Assembly (NCBI GenBank): GCA_963817895.1
Contig: CAWFQB010000001.1
Span: forward strand, 1,536,001-1,600,000
Length of the DNA: 64,000 nt
Direction of reading: 5' to 3'
Source: an uncultured Chthonomonadaceae bacterium
GTDB taxonomy: Bacteria; Armatimonadota; Chthonomonadetes; Chthonomonadales; Chthonomonadaceae
Position numbers and translations under genes: made by a program. Shown in pieces: positions 41,085 to 51,564 of the stretch (the first letter of the stretch is position 1; each line of letters opens with the position of its first letter). The notes below the pieces were generated by a model. The model was not told where the DNA came from, did not search any database, and worked only from the letters and a program-made list of their open reading frames with translations.

Positions 41085-43298
41085 TTACTTCCTTGCCAAT
41101 TTCTCCATCTTAACCGCGCCGGGTTTGCCGATTTTGAGCAGAACGCAGCCGTGCGCGGGAACGGACACGCTGTACTTGCCATCGTACATGCCCAGGTTTT
41201 TGTGCAGCCACAGATCGCGCACGGGCTGCCTGCCTTTCAACCCCAAATCCGCCCAGTTCGCCGTGACTTCGGTTGCTTCCACGCCGCTGTTGACCAGGCC
41301 GACGGCCATTGTGCCATCCGCGAGCGGACGCGCCCAGACTTCTTTGCCCCCGTCGAGCAGGACGCGGCCGGCGGGTTTGCCGAGCGGGTCCTGATTGATG
41401 TCGAGCGCTTCGTCGTTGGACAGCAGCGCAACGGTAAACTTCGACATTTGCGACATGTCACAGCCGATGAGCAGGGGCGAGGAGAGCAGGCACCACATCG
41501 AGATGTGCAGTATCTGCTCGTTGGGCGTCAGGCGCGACTCGTGCAGGCTTGGCCCCCAGCCCACTTTGCCGACGACCAGCATATCCGGGTCGTTCCAGTG
41601 TCCCGGCCCGGCGAACTTCTCGTGTCCGTTCTGGCTGGAATAGATGCCGTGCAGGCTGCCCCAACTGTCGTTGATGTCGCCGGTCGTGCGCCAGCAGTTG
41701 CCTTTGATTTCGTCGCTGCCGCCCCACTTCCACACGTCCGCCATGCCGTACTGGCACAGGCTGTACACAATGTCCCGGTCGGTTTTGTCCAGCGCGTCGC
41801 CCATGACGTGATAGGGGAGTTTCTGCTTTTCCAGTTCGGGCAGGGTCTGCTCGTCCGCGATGCCGCCATACGAACACCAGTCGTATTTGAGGTAATCAAT
41901 GCCCCATTTGGCGTACGTATTCGCGTCCTGCTGCTCGTGCTGGTAACTGGCCTCGAAATTGGCGCAGGTTTTGGGGCCGGGGGAGGAGTAAATGCCCAGT
42001 TTCAGGCCCTTGCTGTGAACGTAATCGGCCAAGGCTTTCATGTCGGGGAATTTGGAGTTGGTTTCGATTTCGCCGGTTGCGCTCCGTCCCGCTTCCCACG
42101 TATCGTCAATGTTGACGTACTGAAAGCCGTGTCCCGCCAGTCCGCTTTTGAGCATCCCATCGGCGGCGGCTTTCACTTTGTCGCTGTCTACCGCGCCCGC
42201 CCAGCAGTTCCAACTGTTCCAGCCCATGGGAGGCGTGAGCGCGAGTTTGTGTTTGCCGCCCACAATGGTCAGTTTGCGGGTCGCCTTGCCCTGCGCACTG
42301 GTAACGGTCAGGGTTACGTCCGTCATGCCGTCCTGCTGCAACGCGCCGGAAATCACGCCGGTTTGCGCGTCCAGTTTCAGGCCGGTCGGAAGGTTTTTCG
42401 CCGCGTAGGTAAGCGGGCCATCTCCCGTTGCCGGAATCAGGAACAGGAACGGGTGTCCGGGCGTGGCTCCCGTGATGCGCGGGCCGTGAATGGCGGGCTT
42501 TGGGTCGGCGGGTTCCGTTTCCATGCGCGGCGGGTCAACGGGAACGGTCATCACGGTCGGCTTTGCGGTCGCGCCGTCTACTAATTCAATACGCGCGCCC
42601 GCCCAATCGCCGTGATCGCTGTCCATGCCGTCGCCCGCATCCGTCACGTGCAGCAGCATTTTTTTCGCGCCCGTCAAATCCACGGAGATCAGTTTAGCCA
42701 AAGCGCCGCCCCGCATCACGCCGCTGTCGGCCACTTTTTTGCCGTCCAGCCATACTTCAAAGGTCACGGAACCCGAACCGGTCTTTTCATCGTCCACGCC
42801 CACCATTGACAAAAACCGCTTGCCCGCGCCTTTCAAATCAATTATCAGCGTACTGTTCGCATGAGTGCCGACGCCATGCGCGTAAACCCGATTGTGAAGC
42901 CGAATTGGGCTGTTGTCTACGGAGCGGCGGCGCATGGGCGTACCGTATCCCTGCTCCATCTGCCGAATGTCCAAATCTTCCAGCCACATCGTATTCGCGG
43001 GGAGTTGTTCGCCCACCATCGTGTCTTCGTCAATCTGACCAGACTGCGCAAACGCAATCGTGGTGACGGAAGCGCGGGACGTGGCGAAAACGCCCGCGTC
43101 CGGCGGGTTTGGAACGGCGTAGCGCGCGGCGGAACAGCACGAATTTCGCGCGTTGTCCGTCTTTTCGGCGTCCTGCGCATGGGAGGGCGCGTTCAGCAGC
43201 GCGGCAAATGCGCCCGATACCGCCACAGCGGAAACCGCGCCGATTATAAATTTATTGTGAGCGGCTGGAATTTGTTTTCTCAAGACTCTTCTCCTCAT
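41085..43298 (-). CDS. GH27 alpha-galactosidase with NPCBM/NEW2 and Ig-like domains
   Basis: TPPMGWNSWN, NIDDTW, YLKYDWC, WRTTGDI, WNDPDML; GVGTHA (NPCBM). Confidence 0.93.
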   Translation of the reverse strand: MRRRVLRKQIPAAHNKFIIGAVSAVAVSGAFAALLNAPSHAQDAEKTDNARNSCCSAARYAVPNPPDAGVFATSRASVTTIAFAQSGQIDEDTMVGEQLPANTMWLEDLDIRQMEQGYGTPMRRRSVDNSPIRLHNRVYAHGVGTHANSTLIIDLKGAGKRFLSMVGVDDEKTGSGSVTFEVWLDGKKVADSGVMRGGALAKLISVDLTGAKKMLLHVTDAGDGMDSDHGDWAGARIELVDGATAKPTVMTVPVDPPRMETEPADPKPAIHGPRITGATPGHPFLFLIPATGDGPLTYAAKNLPTGLKLDAQTGVISGALQQDGMTDVTLTVTSAQGKATRKLTIVGGKHKLALTPPMGWNSWNCWAGAVDSDKVKAAADGMLKSGLAGHGFQYVNIDDTWEAGRSATGEIETNSKFPDMKALADYVHSKGLKLGIYSSPGPKTCANFEASYQHEQQDANTYAKWGIDYLKYDWCSYGGIADEQTLPELEKQKLPYHVMGDALDKTDRDIVYSLCQYGMADVWKWGGSDEIKGNCWRTTGDINDSWGSLHGIYSSQNGHEKFAGPGHWNDPDMLVVGKVGWGPSLHESRLTPNEQILHISMWCLLSSPLLIGCDMSQMSKFTVALLSNDEALDINQDPLGKPAGRVLLDGGKEVWARPLADGTMAVGLVNSGVEATEVTANWADLGLKGRQPVRDLWLHKNLGMYDGKYSVSVPAHGCVLLKIGKPGAVKMEKLARK

Positions 43299-43358
43299 TT
43301 GGGTTTCTTATGTTCTGTCCCATACTACGCAGGGGCGCGAGGAATGGCGGCATGGTCA

Positions 43359-44459
43359 TTATTTCAGCGGCGTGAGCAGGTAGGCGTGGGGCGCGCCTTT
43401 GTAGTTGCCCGTGCCGCAAATCTGACCGCTGTTATTGATGGCTTTGGCGCCAATCAGTTCCCAGCCTGAGTTGGCGTCAATGCGTGTATTCAAATCGGTG
43501 AATTGACCATTCTGATACACGTAGGCATGAAAGCGCGGCAAATTGTTGACCGGCGTAAGTTGGCGCTGTCCGACAATCTGGCCGGAATCGTTGACGCCCT
43601 GCGCATTGAGGGCAAGGCCGGCAGAATCCATGTCGTGTATCTGCCCGTTCTGCCAGTAAACGGCGTGAAACGCGCCCGCTCTGGTCAGGACGGATTTGCC
43701 CACAATCAGGCCGTTGTTGTTGATCGCCGAGGCTGAACTGTAATCGCTGCCCAAAGTGCCTAAATCCGACATTTTGCCATTTTGCCACACAAAAGCGTGC
43801 TGAACGGGTACGCCGTTCGCCTGCAAAACGCCGGTTGCGGACACACCGACAATCTGGCCCTGATTGTTGATACTCGTGGCGCGACTGCCGCCCGAACCGC
43901 CGGTTTGCGGCGGCGAGGTTGCGCCCAACACGCCCAGATCGGTTGCTTGCCCGTTCGCGTATAGAACCGCGTGTACCACATAGGGTTGATCTTCGCGGCC
44001 AATGCCGGAAAAGCCTGCAATCTGCCCCTGATTGTTGATGGCGGCAGCGCTCAGGCTGATAACGCCGCCATCCGGGGTAGTGGCGAGCGAGGGAATCAGT
44101 TTGAGCGTTCCGTTCTGGTACAGTCCACTGCTGCCCACAATCACGCCGCTGTCGTTGACCGCGCTCAATCCAATAGCGTTGAGGGGCGTGACGTTGCCAT
44201 CGTACAGAAAAGAAACCGGCTGATTCTGCCCCGGCTGCGCGTTGGTATTGGGCTGCACACTCCCGATGTTATGTACAACTCCTTCGCCAACAACAATTCC
44301 GGTACTGTTCAAGCCCAGCGCCGAACTGCTGCTGAACCGGTCGCCTAAATCCGTAATCGCGTAGCGCGTTGGCAGTGATGTTGAATTGCCGCCATTGCCG
44401 CCGCATCCATTCAGCAACAGCAAGCCCGCAAGTGCGCCGAACATAAGTTGCGCTCTCAT
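43359..44459 (-). CDS. HAF-repeat extracellular lipoprotein
   Basis: Lipobox LNGC; repeated INNQGQIVG...HAF..NG...DLG. Confidence 0.88.
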   Translation of the reverse strand: MRAQLMFGALAGLLLLNGCGGNGGNSTSLPTRYAITDLGDRFSSSSALGLNSTGIVVGEGVVHNIGSVQPNTNAQPGQNQPVSFLYDGNVTPLNAIGLSAVNDSGVIVGSSGLYQNGTLKLIPSLATTPDGGVISLSAAAINNQGQIAGFSGIGREDQPYVVHAVLYANGQATDLGVLGATSPPQTGGSGGSRATSINNQGQIVGVSATGVLQANGVPVQHAFVWQNGKMSDLGTLGSDYSSASAINNNGLIVGKSVLTRAGAFHAVYWQNGQIHDMDSAGLALNAQGVNDSGQIVGQRQLTPVNNLPRFHAYVYQNGQFTDLNTRIDANSGWELIGAKAINNSGQICGTGNYKGAPHAYLLTPLK

Positions 44460-44489
44460 AGTATCTCTCCCTTCTCGCAAAGCCCGAAA

Positions 44490-44891
44490 TCATTTCGCGG
44501 GCTGCAAATCCGCTTCCAGCGATACGGTTCTGACGCCGCACACTTCCCTGACCACGCGGACGTTCTTCATTTCATAAGGCTGATAGCCGGTTTTCGTAAC
44601 GCGAACGGTGAACACGCCCCCATCGAAGGCTCCCTGAAAGCTGAGAACTTTCCCCTGAGCGTCGGTGGCATGAGGGCGCAGGGTTTCCACAACCGTTCCG
44701 CTTTGAGCCGTGGCGACCGCGCCATCCGCAATAGAGGCGTGGGTCTGCGCATCTACAACCGTAACCACAATCCCCGGCAGAACAACATCGCCGCAGGTGA
44801 AAGCATTGGAACTGCCGCAGCCCCCGACAGACAGCGCAGACAGTATCAGCAGGCAAGCGGCAATCAAGCGTGAGAAGAAAAAACGTTTCAT
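44490..44891 (-). CDS. Lipoprotein with carboxypeptidase-regulatory-like beta domain
   Basis: Lipobox VGGC; VTVVDAQT...VTKTGY. Confidence 0.7.
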   Translation of the reverse strand: MKRFFFSRLIAACLLILSALSVGGCGSSNAFTCGDVVLPGIVVTVVDAQTHASIADGAVATAQSGTVVETLRPHATDAQGKVLSFQGAFDGGVFTVRVTKTGYQPYEMKNVRVVREVCGVRTVSLEADLQPAK

Positions 44892-45035
44892 GGGCAGGCT
44901 TTCTACAGGAGATGTGACCGAGCGGGCGCAGCCGGGGAAGCCGCGCCTGTCAGGTCATGGTGAGCAAACAGGGAGAACGAGGGGGATTGGGGAGAACGTT
45001 TACAAGCCGGTTACAGGGACGGACGGCGCGGAGCG

Positions 45036-46291
45036 CTACCAGTCGGATTTTACATACTCCTTCCAGCAGCGGACGTACACGTCATTGGTTTGTTTGGCGA
45101 TGTTGGCCCAGTTGAACACGGTTGCGATACGGGTCAGGGCTTCTTCGGCCATCGCTTTTGCGCGTTCGGGGTTGTACAGCACATACAGAGGCCGTCCGCC
45201 AAACTGCCGGGATTGTCCGCGAACGTCGTAATGCCGGTCACGTTGTTTTCCACCACTTCGGGCAAGCCGCCCGCATTGGAAACCACTACCGGAACATGCG
45301 CCGCCATGCCCTCCAGAGCCACAATGCCGAACGGCTCGTACAAACTCGGGAAACACGCGATGTCGGCCACTTTATACAGGCGCAACAGCGCGTCATCGGG
45401 AATGAAACCCGTAAACAGAACATGCGCGCTCATGCCGATGGCGGCGGCCTGATCCACCAGATGCTGCCGATACCCGCCGCCCGCGATCACCAGTTTGGCG
45501 TCGTGGTAGGACTGGCGCACACTGGGCAGGGCGTCAATCAGAACCTGCGCCCCTTTTTCCCGTACCCCCCTGCCGACAAACATGATGATTTTTTCATTGG
45601 GCGCGGCGAACTGCGCCCGAAATGAAGCGGCTTCTTCGGGCGGAAAATCGAAGGCGAACTTGTCGGGATTGACGCCGTTGGGGATGATGTCCAGTTTGTC
45701 GGCAGGCGAGTGGAGGGCATGCATCACTTCATGCTGCATGAAATGGGTGCAGACGATCACGCGCCACGATTCATACACCAGTTTCCATTCGATGCTGTTG
45801 ATATAGGTTTGCATTTCGTTGTGGATGCCGTTGTTGCGCCCGTACTCCGTCGCGTGAATCGTGCCAACAAGCGGCAGTTTGTACGTGTGCTTCAATTCGT
45901 TGGCCGCGAACCAGACGAGCCAATCGTGCGCGTGAAGAACAATGGCGTCTTTGTTGGAGAGTTTTTTCGGGTCGCGGAGGGGATCGCCCGCTTTCTTGCC
46001 CGCCAGCCATTCGCGGCAAAGCGCGTCCGCCCGGTCGCGCATGGCGGCATTGAGCTGGTGTATCCAGTGGAAAAAGTCTTTATGCCCGCCCGGAGCGTCA
46101 TACGCGGCAACCCGGTGGACATGGACGCCCGCCACGATCTCTTCCGCCGCCGCGCCCGGAAAGTCGCAGGTCACGACATGGACCTCTACGCCCGGCAGTT
46201 TCGCCAGTTCCCACGACAACTCTTCCACATGGCGGGCAATGCCGCCCACGATTTTGGGAGGATACTCCCACGAAAGCATTAGTATTCGCAC
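45036..46291 (-). CDS. GT4 family glycosyltransferase, frameshift near 45190
   Basis: SWEYPP..GGI, HAHDWL, PSLYEPFGIVALEGM; C-terminus VFNWANIAKQT in a shifted frame. Confidence 0.9.
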
Positions 46292-46491
46292 GATTGGCCT
46301 CCTGTCGCTTCGCCGCGATCTATTCCTGACGCGCTAATTCCACATACCGCTTCCGTCCTCCTGCACGAATTCAAATACAAAAACAACTTTCACCACCGAG
46401 ACACAGAGACACAGAGGTTTCACAGAGGAATACGAGGGAAAGAACCGCTAAACACACGAAGTAAACGAAAAGAAGAGCGGAGTTTTTGCGC

Positions 46492-46520
46492 TTGACGTTT
46501 CCGGCGTTTCCCGCTACAAT
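46492..46520 (+). promoter_or_regulatory. Sigma70 promoter for xisH-xisI
   Basis: TTGACG-N17-TACAAT. Confidence 0.75.
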
Positions 46521-46546
46521 TGAGAAGGGAAGCGGAAGGAGATTCT

Positions 46547-46963
46547 ATGTCGCGGCGAGATTTGTTTCATACGGCGGTGGTTCATGCGCTGGAACGGGAG
46601 GGCTGGACAATTACGGATGACCCGTACTATCTGGAATATGGCGCTCAGATGCTGCAAATTGATCTCGGCGCACAGATGCCGATTGCGGCGGAGCGAGCGG
46701 GGCGCAAAATCGCGGTTGAGATAAAGAGTTTCGCGGGTAAAACGGAGATGGTAGAATTTTACGCGGCGGTGGGGCAGTTTGTGACGTATCAGGACGCGCT
46801 GCAAGCGCAGGAACCGGAGCGGGTCTTGTATCTTGCGGTTCCTGATGAGGCTTTTGCCGCCCTGTTCGATACGGCGCGAGGCCGCAGTTTGCAAAAAAGG
46901 CTTTCGCTCTTTTTGCTGGTGTATCATTCCCAAAAGGAGACAATCACGCAATGGATAGAGTAG
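46547..46963 (+). CDS. xisH: XisH family PD-(D/E)XK protein
   Basis: DLFHTAVVHALEREGWTITDDP, IDLGA, IAVEIKSF, RVLYLAVP. Confidence 0.92.
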   Translation: MSRRDLFHTAVVHALEREGWTITDDPYYLEYGAQMLQIDLGAQMPIAAERAGRKIAVEIKSFAGKTEMVEFYAAVGQFVTYQDALQAQEPERVLYLAVPDEAFAALFDTARGRSLQKRLSLFLLVYHSQKETITQWIE

Positions 46964-47286
46964 CGGATTACGGGGCTATCGTGAAACATATTGTGGACGG
47001 AATTGCCGACCAAATCCCTGAAGACGAGGAGGTGCGAACAGAACGCAATTACGACGCAGAGCGCGGTCATTATGAACTGTTGCGCGTGGGCTGGCGCGAC
47101 ACGCGCCGTCTGCATGGAATCGTGCTTCATGTTGATATTCGGAACGACAAAGTCTGGATTGAGCATGACGGGACGGAAGACGGAATTGTGGATGAACTGC
47201 TGGAAGCGGGAATTCCGAAAGAGCATATCGTGCTGGCATTCCACCCGCCTTACAAGCGCCCCTATACCGGCTTTGCGGTCGCATGA
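46951..47286 (+). CDS. xisI: XisI family protein
   Basis: HVDI..KVWIEHDGTEDGIVDELLEAGIPKEHIVLAFHPP. Confidence 0.93.
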   Translation: MDRVADYGAIVKHIVDGIADQIPEDEEVRTERNYDAERGHYELLRVGWRDTRRLHGIVLHVDIRNDKVWIEHDGTEDGIVDELLEAGIPKEHIVLAFHPPYKRPYTGFAVA

Positions 47287-47504
47287 GGCTCTCTAAGAGG
47301 TTTCACAGAGAAACAAAGAAGAGAGGAGGATGAGCGACTGTTGCGTCTTCAGCGTTTTCCTCACTCCTCGTTTTCTCTCCTTAAATCTCTGTGAAACCTC
47401 TGTGTCTCTGTGTCTCTGTGGTGAGACGCATTTTACGATGATTTCATGTTACAATAAGGTATGTGCGTACCCCTTGCTTGTCGTGGCGTTGAAGGAGTTC
47501 AAGC

Positions 47505-48865
47505 GTGAAATTTCGGATGATAAAGTTGTGGCTGATGTTGCCTGTTTCGTTGGCGGGGGCAGTGGCCGGGGGGCTGACCGTTGGTGCGTTCTATAGCGCG
47601 GGCGGAAACCCCGGCGAATACCGTTGCGGTCAAAGCCAAAGCGGGCGCGGAAGCGGGGCGGAATCTGACGTTCACGCGGGACATCGCGCCCATTATGAAC
47701 CAGAATTGCGCGGTTTGCCATCGCGCTGGAGAAGTGGCCCCGTTTACCCTCGCGTCTTATAAGGATATGCAGAAACGCGCGCAGCAGATCGCGCTGGTCA
47801 CGGCAAAACGCATCATGCCGCCCTGGAAGGCCGACTCGCATGGCGAATTTCAGGACGAGCGGCGTTTGACGGATGGGCAAATCGCTTTGATTCAGGAATG
47901 GGTGAAGCAGGGCGCGAAAGAGGGCAAACCTGCCGACTTGCCACCCGCGCCCGAAATTTGCCGCCGGGTGGTCGTTGGGAACGCCGGATATGATGGCGCA
48001 GCCGCCTGCCGAGTTCAAAGTCGGCGCGGAGGGGCGCGACGTGTACCGCTGCTACGTGGTTCCCACCAGATTTTACCGAAGACCGTTGGGTATCCGCTAT
48101 TGACGTGCATCCGGGCAATCGCGCGGTCGTGCATCATATCATCGCGTATGTGGATACGACGGGCAAGGCCAAACGCCTGAACGCCGACGCCAGAGACACC
48201 GAGTTGGGACCGGGCTATACCACAGGCGGCGGCGTCGGGTTTATGCCGTCCGGCATGTTGGGCGGATGGGCGCCGGGGGCAATGCCGCACCGCCTGCCTG
48301 CCGATACGGGTATTCTGCTGCCCAAAGGTGCCGACATTGTTCTGGAAGTGCATTACCACAAGAACGGCAAGCCCGAAATCCGACCGCTCGCAGGTGGCCG
48401 TGTACTTCAACAAGGGCGAAGTGGACCATCCCTTCCGTATTGTGCCGCTGTTGCAGCACAACCTGAATTTGCAGCCGGGGGCAAGCAATCAGGAGGTTCG
48501 TTTCGACCTGCCGATTCCCGTTCCCGCGAATACCACGCTGATGACTGTGTTCCCGCACATGCACATGCTGGGCCGCAACATGACCGTCACCGCCGACCTG
48601 CCGGACGGCGCAAAGAAAACGCTCATTGACGTGCCGGATTGGGATTTCAACTGGCAGGGCTTTTACTATTACAAGCAGCCGGTGAAACTGCCCGCCGGTT
48701 CCAAACTACATCTGGTGGCGCACTACGACAACTCGACCGGCAACCCGCGCAATCCGAACAGTCCGCCCCAAATTGGCGCATTGGGGCGAACAGACAACGG
48801 ATGAAATGTGCCTGTGCTATCTGGGCTTCACCTTAGACGCCGAACACGCGCGCGAAATCCGCTAA
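47505..48865 (+). CDS. CxxCH plus copper type II ascorbate-dependent monooxygenase-like protein, frameshifted
   Basis: CAVCH, APF, MPPW, VVHH, EVHY, PHMH, WDFNWQ, DEMC. Confidence 0.82.
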
Positions 48866-48908
48866 AACCGAAGCCGCCCAAAATCGCGGACAAAGCCGCT
48901 GGAGCGCA

Positions 48909-50840
48909 ATGATGAAGCGTCTAGTGATGGCGCTTCGCATTGTGCTGGCAATGTTGGCGCAGGGGCGCGGGGCAAGCGCTGAGTCGCTGACGTTTACCCA
49001 AAACATCGCGCCTATCATTTTCAACAACTGCGCTAATTGCCACCGTCCGGGCGAAGTGGCGCCGTTTTCCCTGCTCACGTATCAGGATGTTGCCAAGCGG
49101 GCGAAGCAGATCGGCATTGTCACGCAAAAGCGCCTTATGCCGCCCTGGAAACTGGAACCTGGCTATGGCGAGTTTCAGCACGAGCGGCGGTTGACGGACA
49201 CGCAAATCGCCCTGATACAGCAGTGGGCGAATGAGGGCGCGAAAGAGGGCAATCCTCCGATTTGCCGCCCGCTCCGCAGTTCCCGGATGGCTGGCAGTTG
49301 GGCAAGCCCGACATGATTTTGACGATGCCCAAAGCCTTTACGGTTCCCGCCGAGGGCAAGGACGTGAACCGGAGTTTCGTGGTTTCCCTGCATCTGCCCG
49401 CCGACAAGTATGTTCGCGCAACCGAAGTTCGGCCCGGAGATCGCCGCGTGGTTCACCATGTCACGTTGATGATGGACAAAAGCGGCAAAGCAAAGCAATT
49501 GGAAGCGCAGCAGGGCGGGCCGGGAGCGGGCTACGTCAGTTTCGGCGGGCCGGGATTTCTGCCCTCCGGCGGCCTGCCCGGATACGTGCCGGGAGTGGGC
49601 GCGGAAGTTTTGCCCGCCGATGCATCTGGCGTGTTGCCCAAAGACATAGACCTCGTATTCGGGATGCACTACCACCCTGACGGGCAGGCAAGCGCAGGAT
49701 CAAACATCCGTCGGATTGTATTTTACGGACAAGCCGCCAACAAAAATCGCGTCGCTGATTGCGATGGGCGTTCTCAACATTGACATTGCGCCGGGAGAGA
49801 AAGACCATTTAGAGGAGACGACGTACACCCTGCCCGTCGATGTGGAAGTGGAAAGCGTTTATGAACACATGCACCTTATCGGCAAGACCTGCAAACTGTG
49901 GGCCGAACTGCCGGACCATTCCACCAGACCGATTATCAAAATCAACGATTGGGATTTCAACTGGCAGTCCACCTACCATGTGAAAGAGCGTTATCGCCTG
50001 CCCAAAGGAACCATTCTGCATGGCGAATGGACGCACGACAATTCCGCCGACAATCCCGCCAACCCGAACCATCCGCCCAGAGAGGTAAAGAACGGCGAGG
50101 ATTACGTAAATGAAATGGCGGGCGTTCTGGTGAATGTGTATGTGGACACCCCAACTGACAACGGCATATTATGGGTCGCCAATCTGGGACATTTAGGCGC
50201 GGCTTCCGTCCGCCCGGCCGCGCTGCGCCGCGAAAAACGTTCCAATCTGGGCGCGATCCTGCTGGAAAACGGCGTAAACGGCGCGACGGGACTGGCGATA
50301 GACGGCATGGCGAACCCGCGCGGTTGGCTGGCAAAGGGCGCGTTGGCGCTGGCGGCGTTTCTCGCCCTGCCCGGACTGCTGGCTCTGCTGCTGCCCCATG
50401 CCACAACCCGCGCCGCCGACAAACTCGATCAATCGTTCGGGCGTTGCCTCGGTTTCGGACTGGCGGTTCTGCTCGTGTTGCCTATGTCGGTATCGGCTCT
50501 GCTGTTCTCGTTTACGCCGTTCGCGCAACTGTTGGGAATGGGATTGCTGCTGTATTTGTGCGCGTTGTGCGCAACGGGCGCGGGCGGATGGGCGCGGTGG
50601 ATGGCCCGCCGTCTGCGCGGCAATAAGACAAAAGCCGCGAACAGAGCGGAAACGGCGGGGAAACTATTAGCCGGTGGACTGCTCGCGGTTCTGACGTGTC
50701 TGGTTCCCTACGTCGGCTGGCTGCTCCTCGCGCCCCTGTGCCTGACGCTCGGTTTGGGCGCGGGAGTGAGCGCGTTACGCTTCCCTCGCCTCCATTTTCG
50801 CCGTTTTGCCCCTGCCCTTGCCCCGCCGCAACGCGCCTGA
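48909..50840 (+). CDS. Second CxxCH/Cu-monooxygenase-like paralog with a C-terminal multi-TM domain, frameshifted
   Basis: CANCH, VVHH, MHYH, HMH, WDFNWQ, NEM, then several TM helices. Confidence 0.8.
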
Positions 50841-50857
50841 GAAAAGCGCAAACGTTG

Positions 50858-51060
50858 GTTTCTACCCTCATCCGGCCTCCGGCCACCTTCTCCCTGCAAG
50901 GGAGAAGGCTAAATTCTTCAATGGGCGGCTGAACAGGGGATTGGAAACACGCAGGCAAAGCCCACGCCGAAACTAATCCCGTAACCAACGCACTCAACCT
51001 CCACGTTAGCCTTCTCCCTTGCAGGGAGAAGGTGGCCGGAGGCCGGATGAGGGTAGAAAC
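50858..51060. repeat. Pair of perfect 55-bp inverted REP-like repeats
   Basis: 50858-50912 GTTTCTACCCTCATCCGGCC...GGGAGAAGGCTAA is the exact reverse complement of 51006-51060. Confidence 0.9.
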
Positions 51061-51119
51061 TATCGTTTAACGCGCAACATTTCCGTATAGCTACGAGGTA
51101 ACGCAAGGACAGACTGCAT

Positions 51120-51478
51120 TTATGAAGATTTCAAACTTGCCAGCAACGCTAAGGCAGCAGCAATAGTGATTGTGATGCCTAAGAGCGTTTAGAAAAAGTA
51201 AAATCCTGCGTTTCTATTCGGCCTCAATGTCGCCTCGCAACGTATTGAAAGCGTTGCGCTTTCACTTCGATGATGCGCCTGCACGGGGCAAAGTAGGCAT
51301 CAGAAAAGACTTTTTCTAAACGCTCTAATACGCGGTAGGCAAGATCACTGCAATCTTCAGCAAGTTTGCGCACCCATGCAAACGCGCTGAGAGCAACATA
51401 AACCTCCCTCGCTTGCTTCGGAAACAGAGCAATTCCGATTCCGCCTGAAATGGGGATGGCAAAAAACATGTGTTCCAC
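51120..51478 (-). pseudogene. Small two-TM membrane protein gene interrupted by a MITE
   Basis: Removing the MITE and one TAA restores MEHMFFAIPISGGIGIALFP...AYRVLGITITIAAALALLASLKSS*. Confidence 0.7.
51183..51325. mobile_element. 143-bp non-autonomous MITE, IS5-family-like
   Basis: 17-bp TIRs GAGCGTTTAGAAAAAGT / ACTTTTTCTAAACGCTC flanked by TAA direct repeats (51180-82, 51326-28). Confidence 0.82.
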
Positions 51479-51564
51479 GCCATTACTCTCCTAATTCGTT
51501 TTCTCCGTACCCGCCGTAGTTTGTTTCTCCTTTTCTCCTTTTCTCCTCTTCTCCTTTTCTTCTC

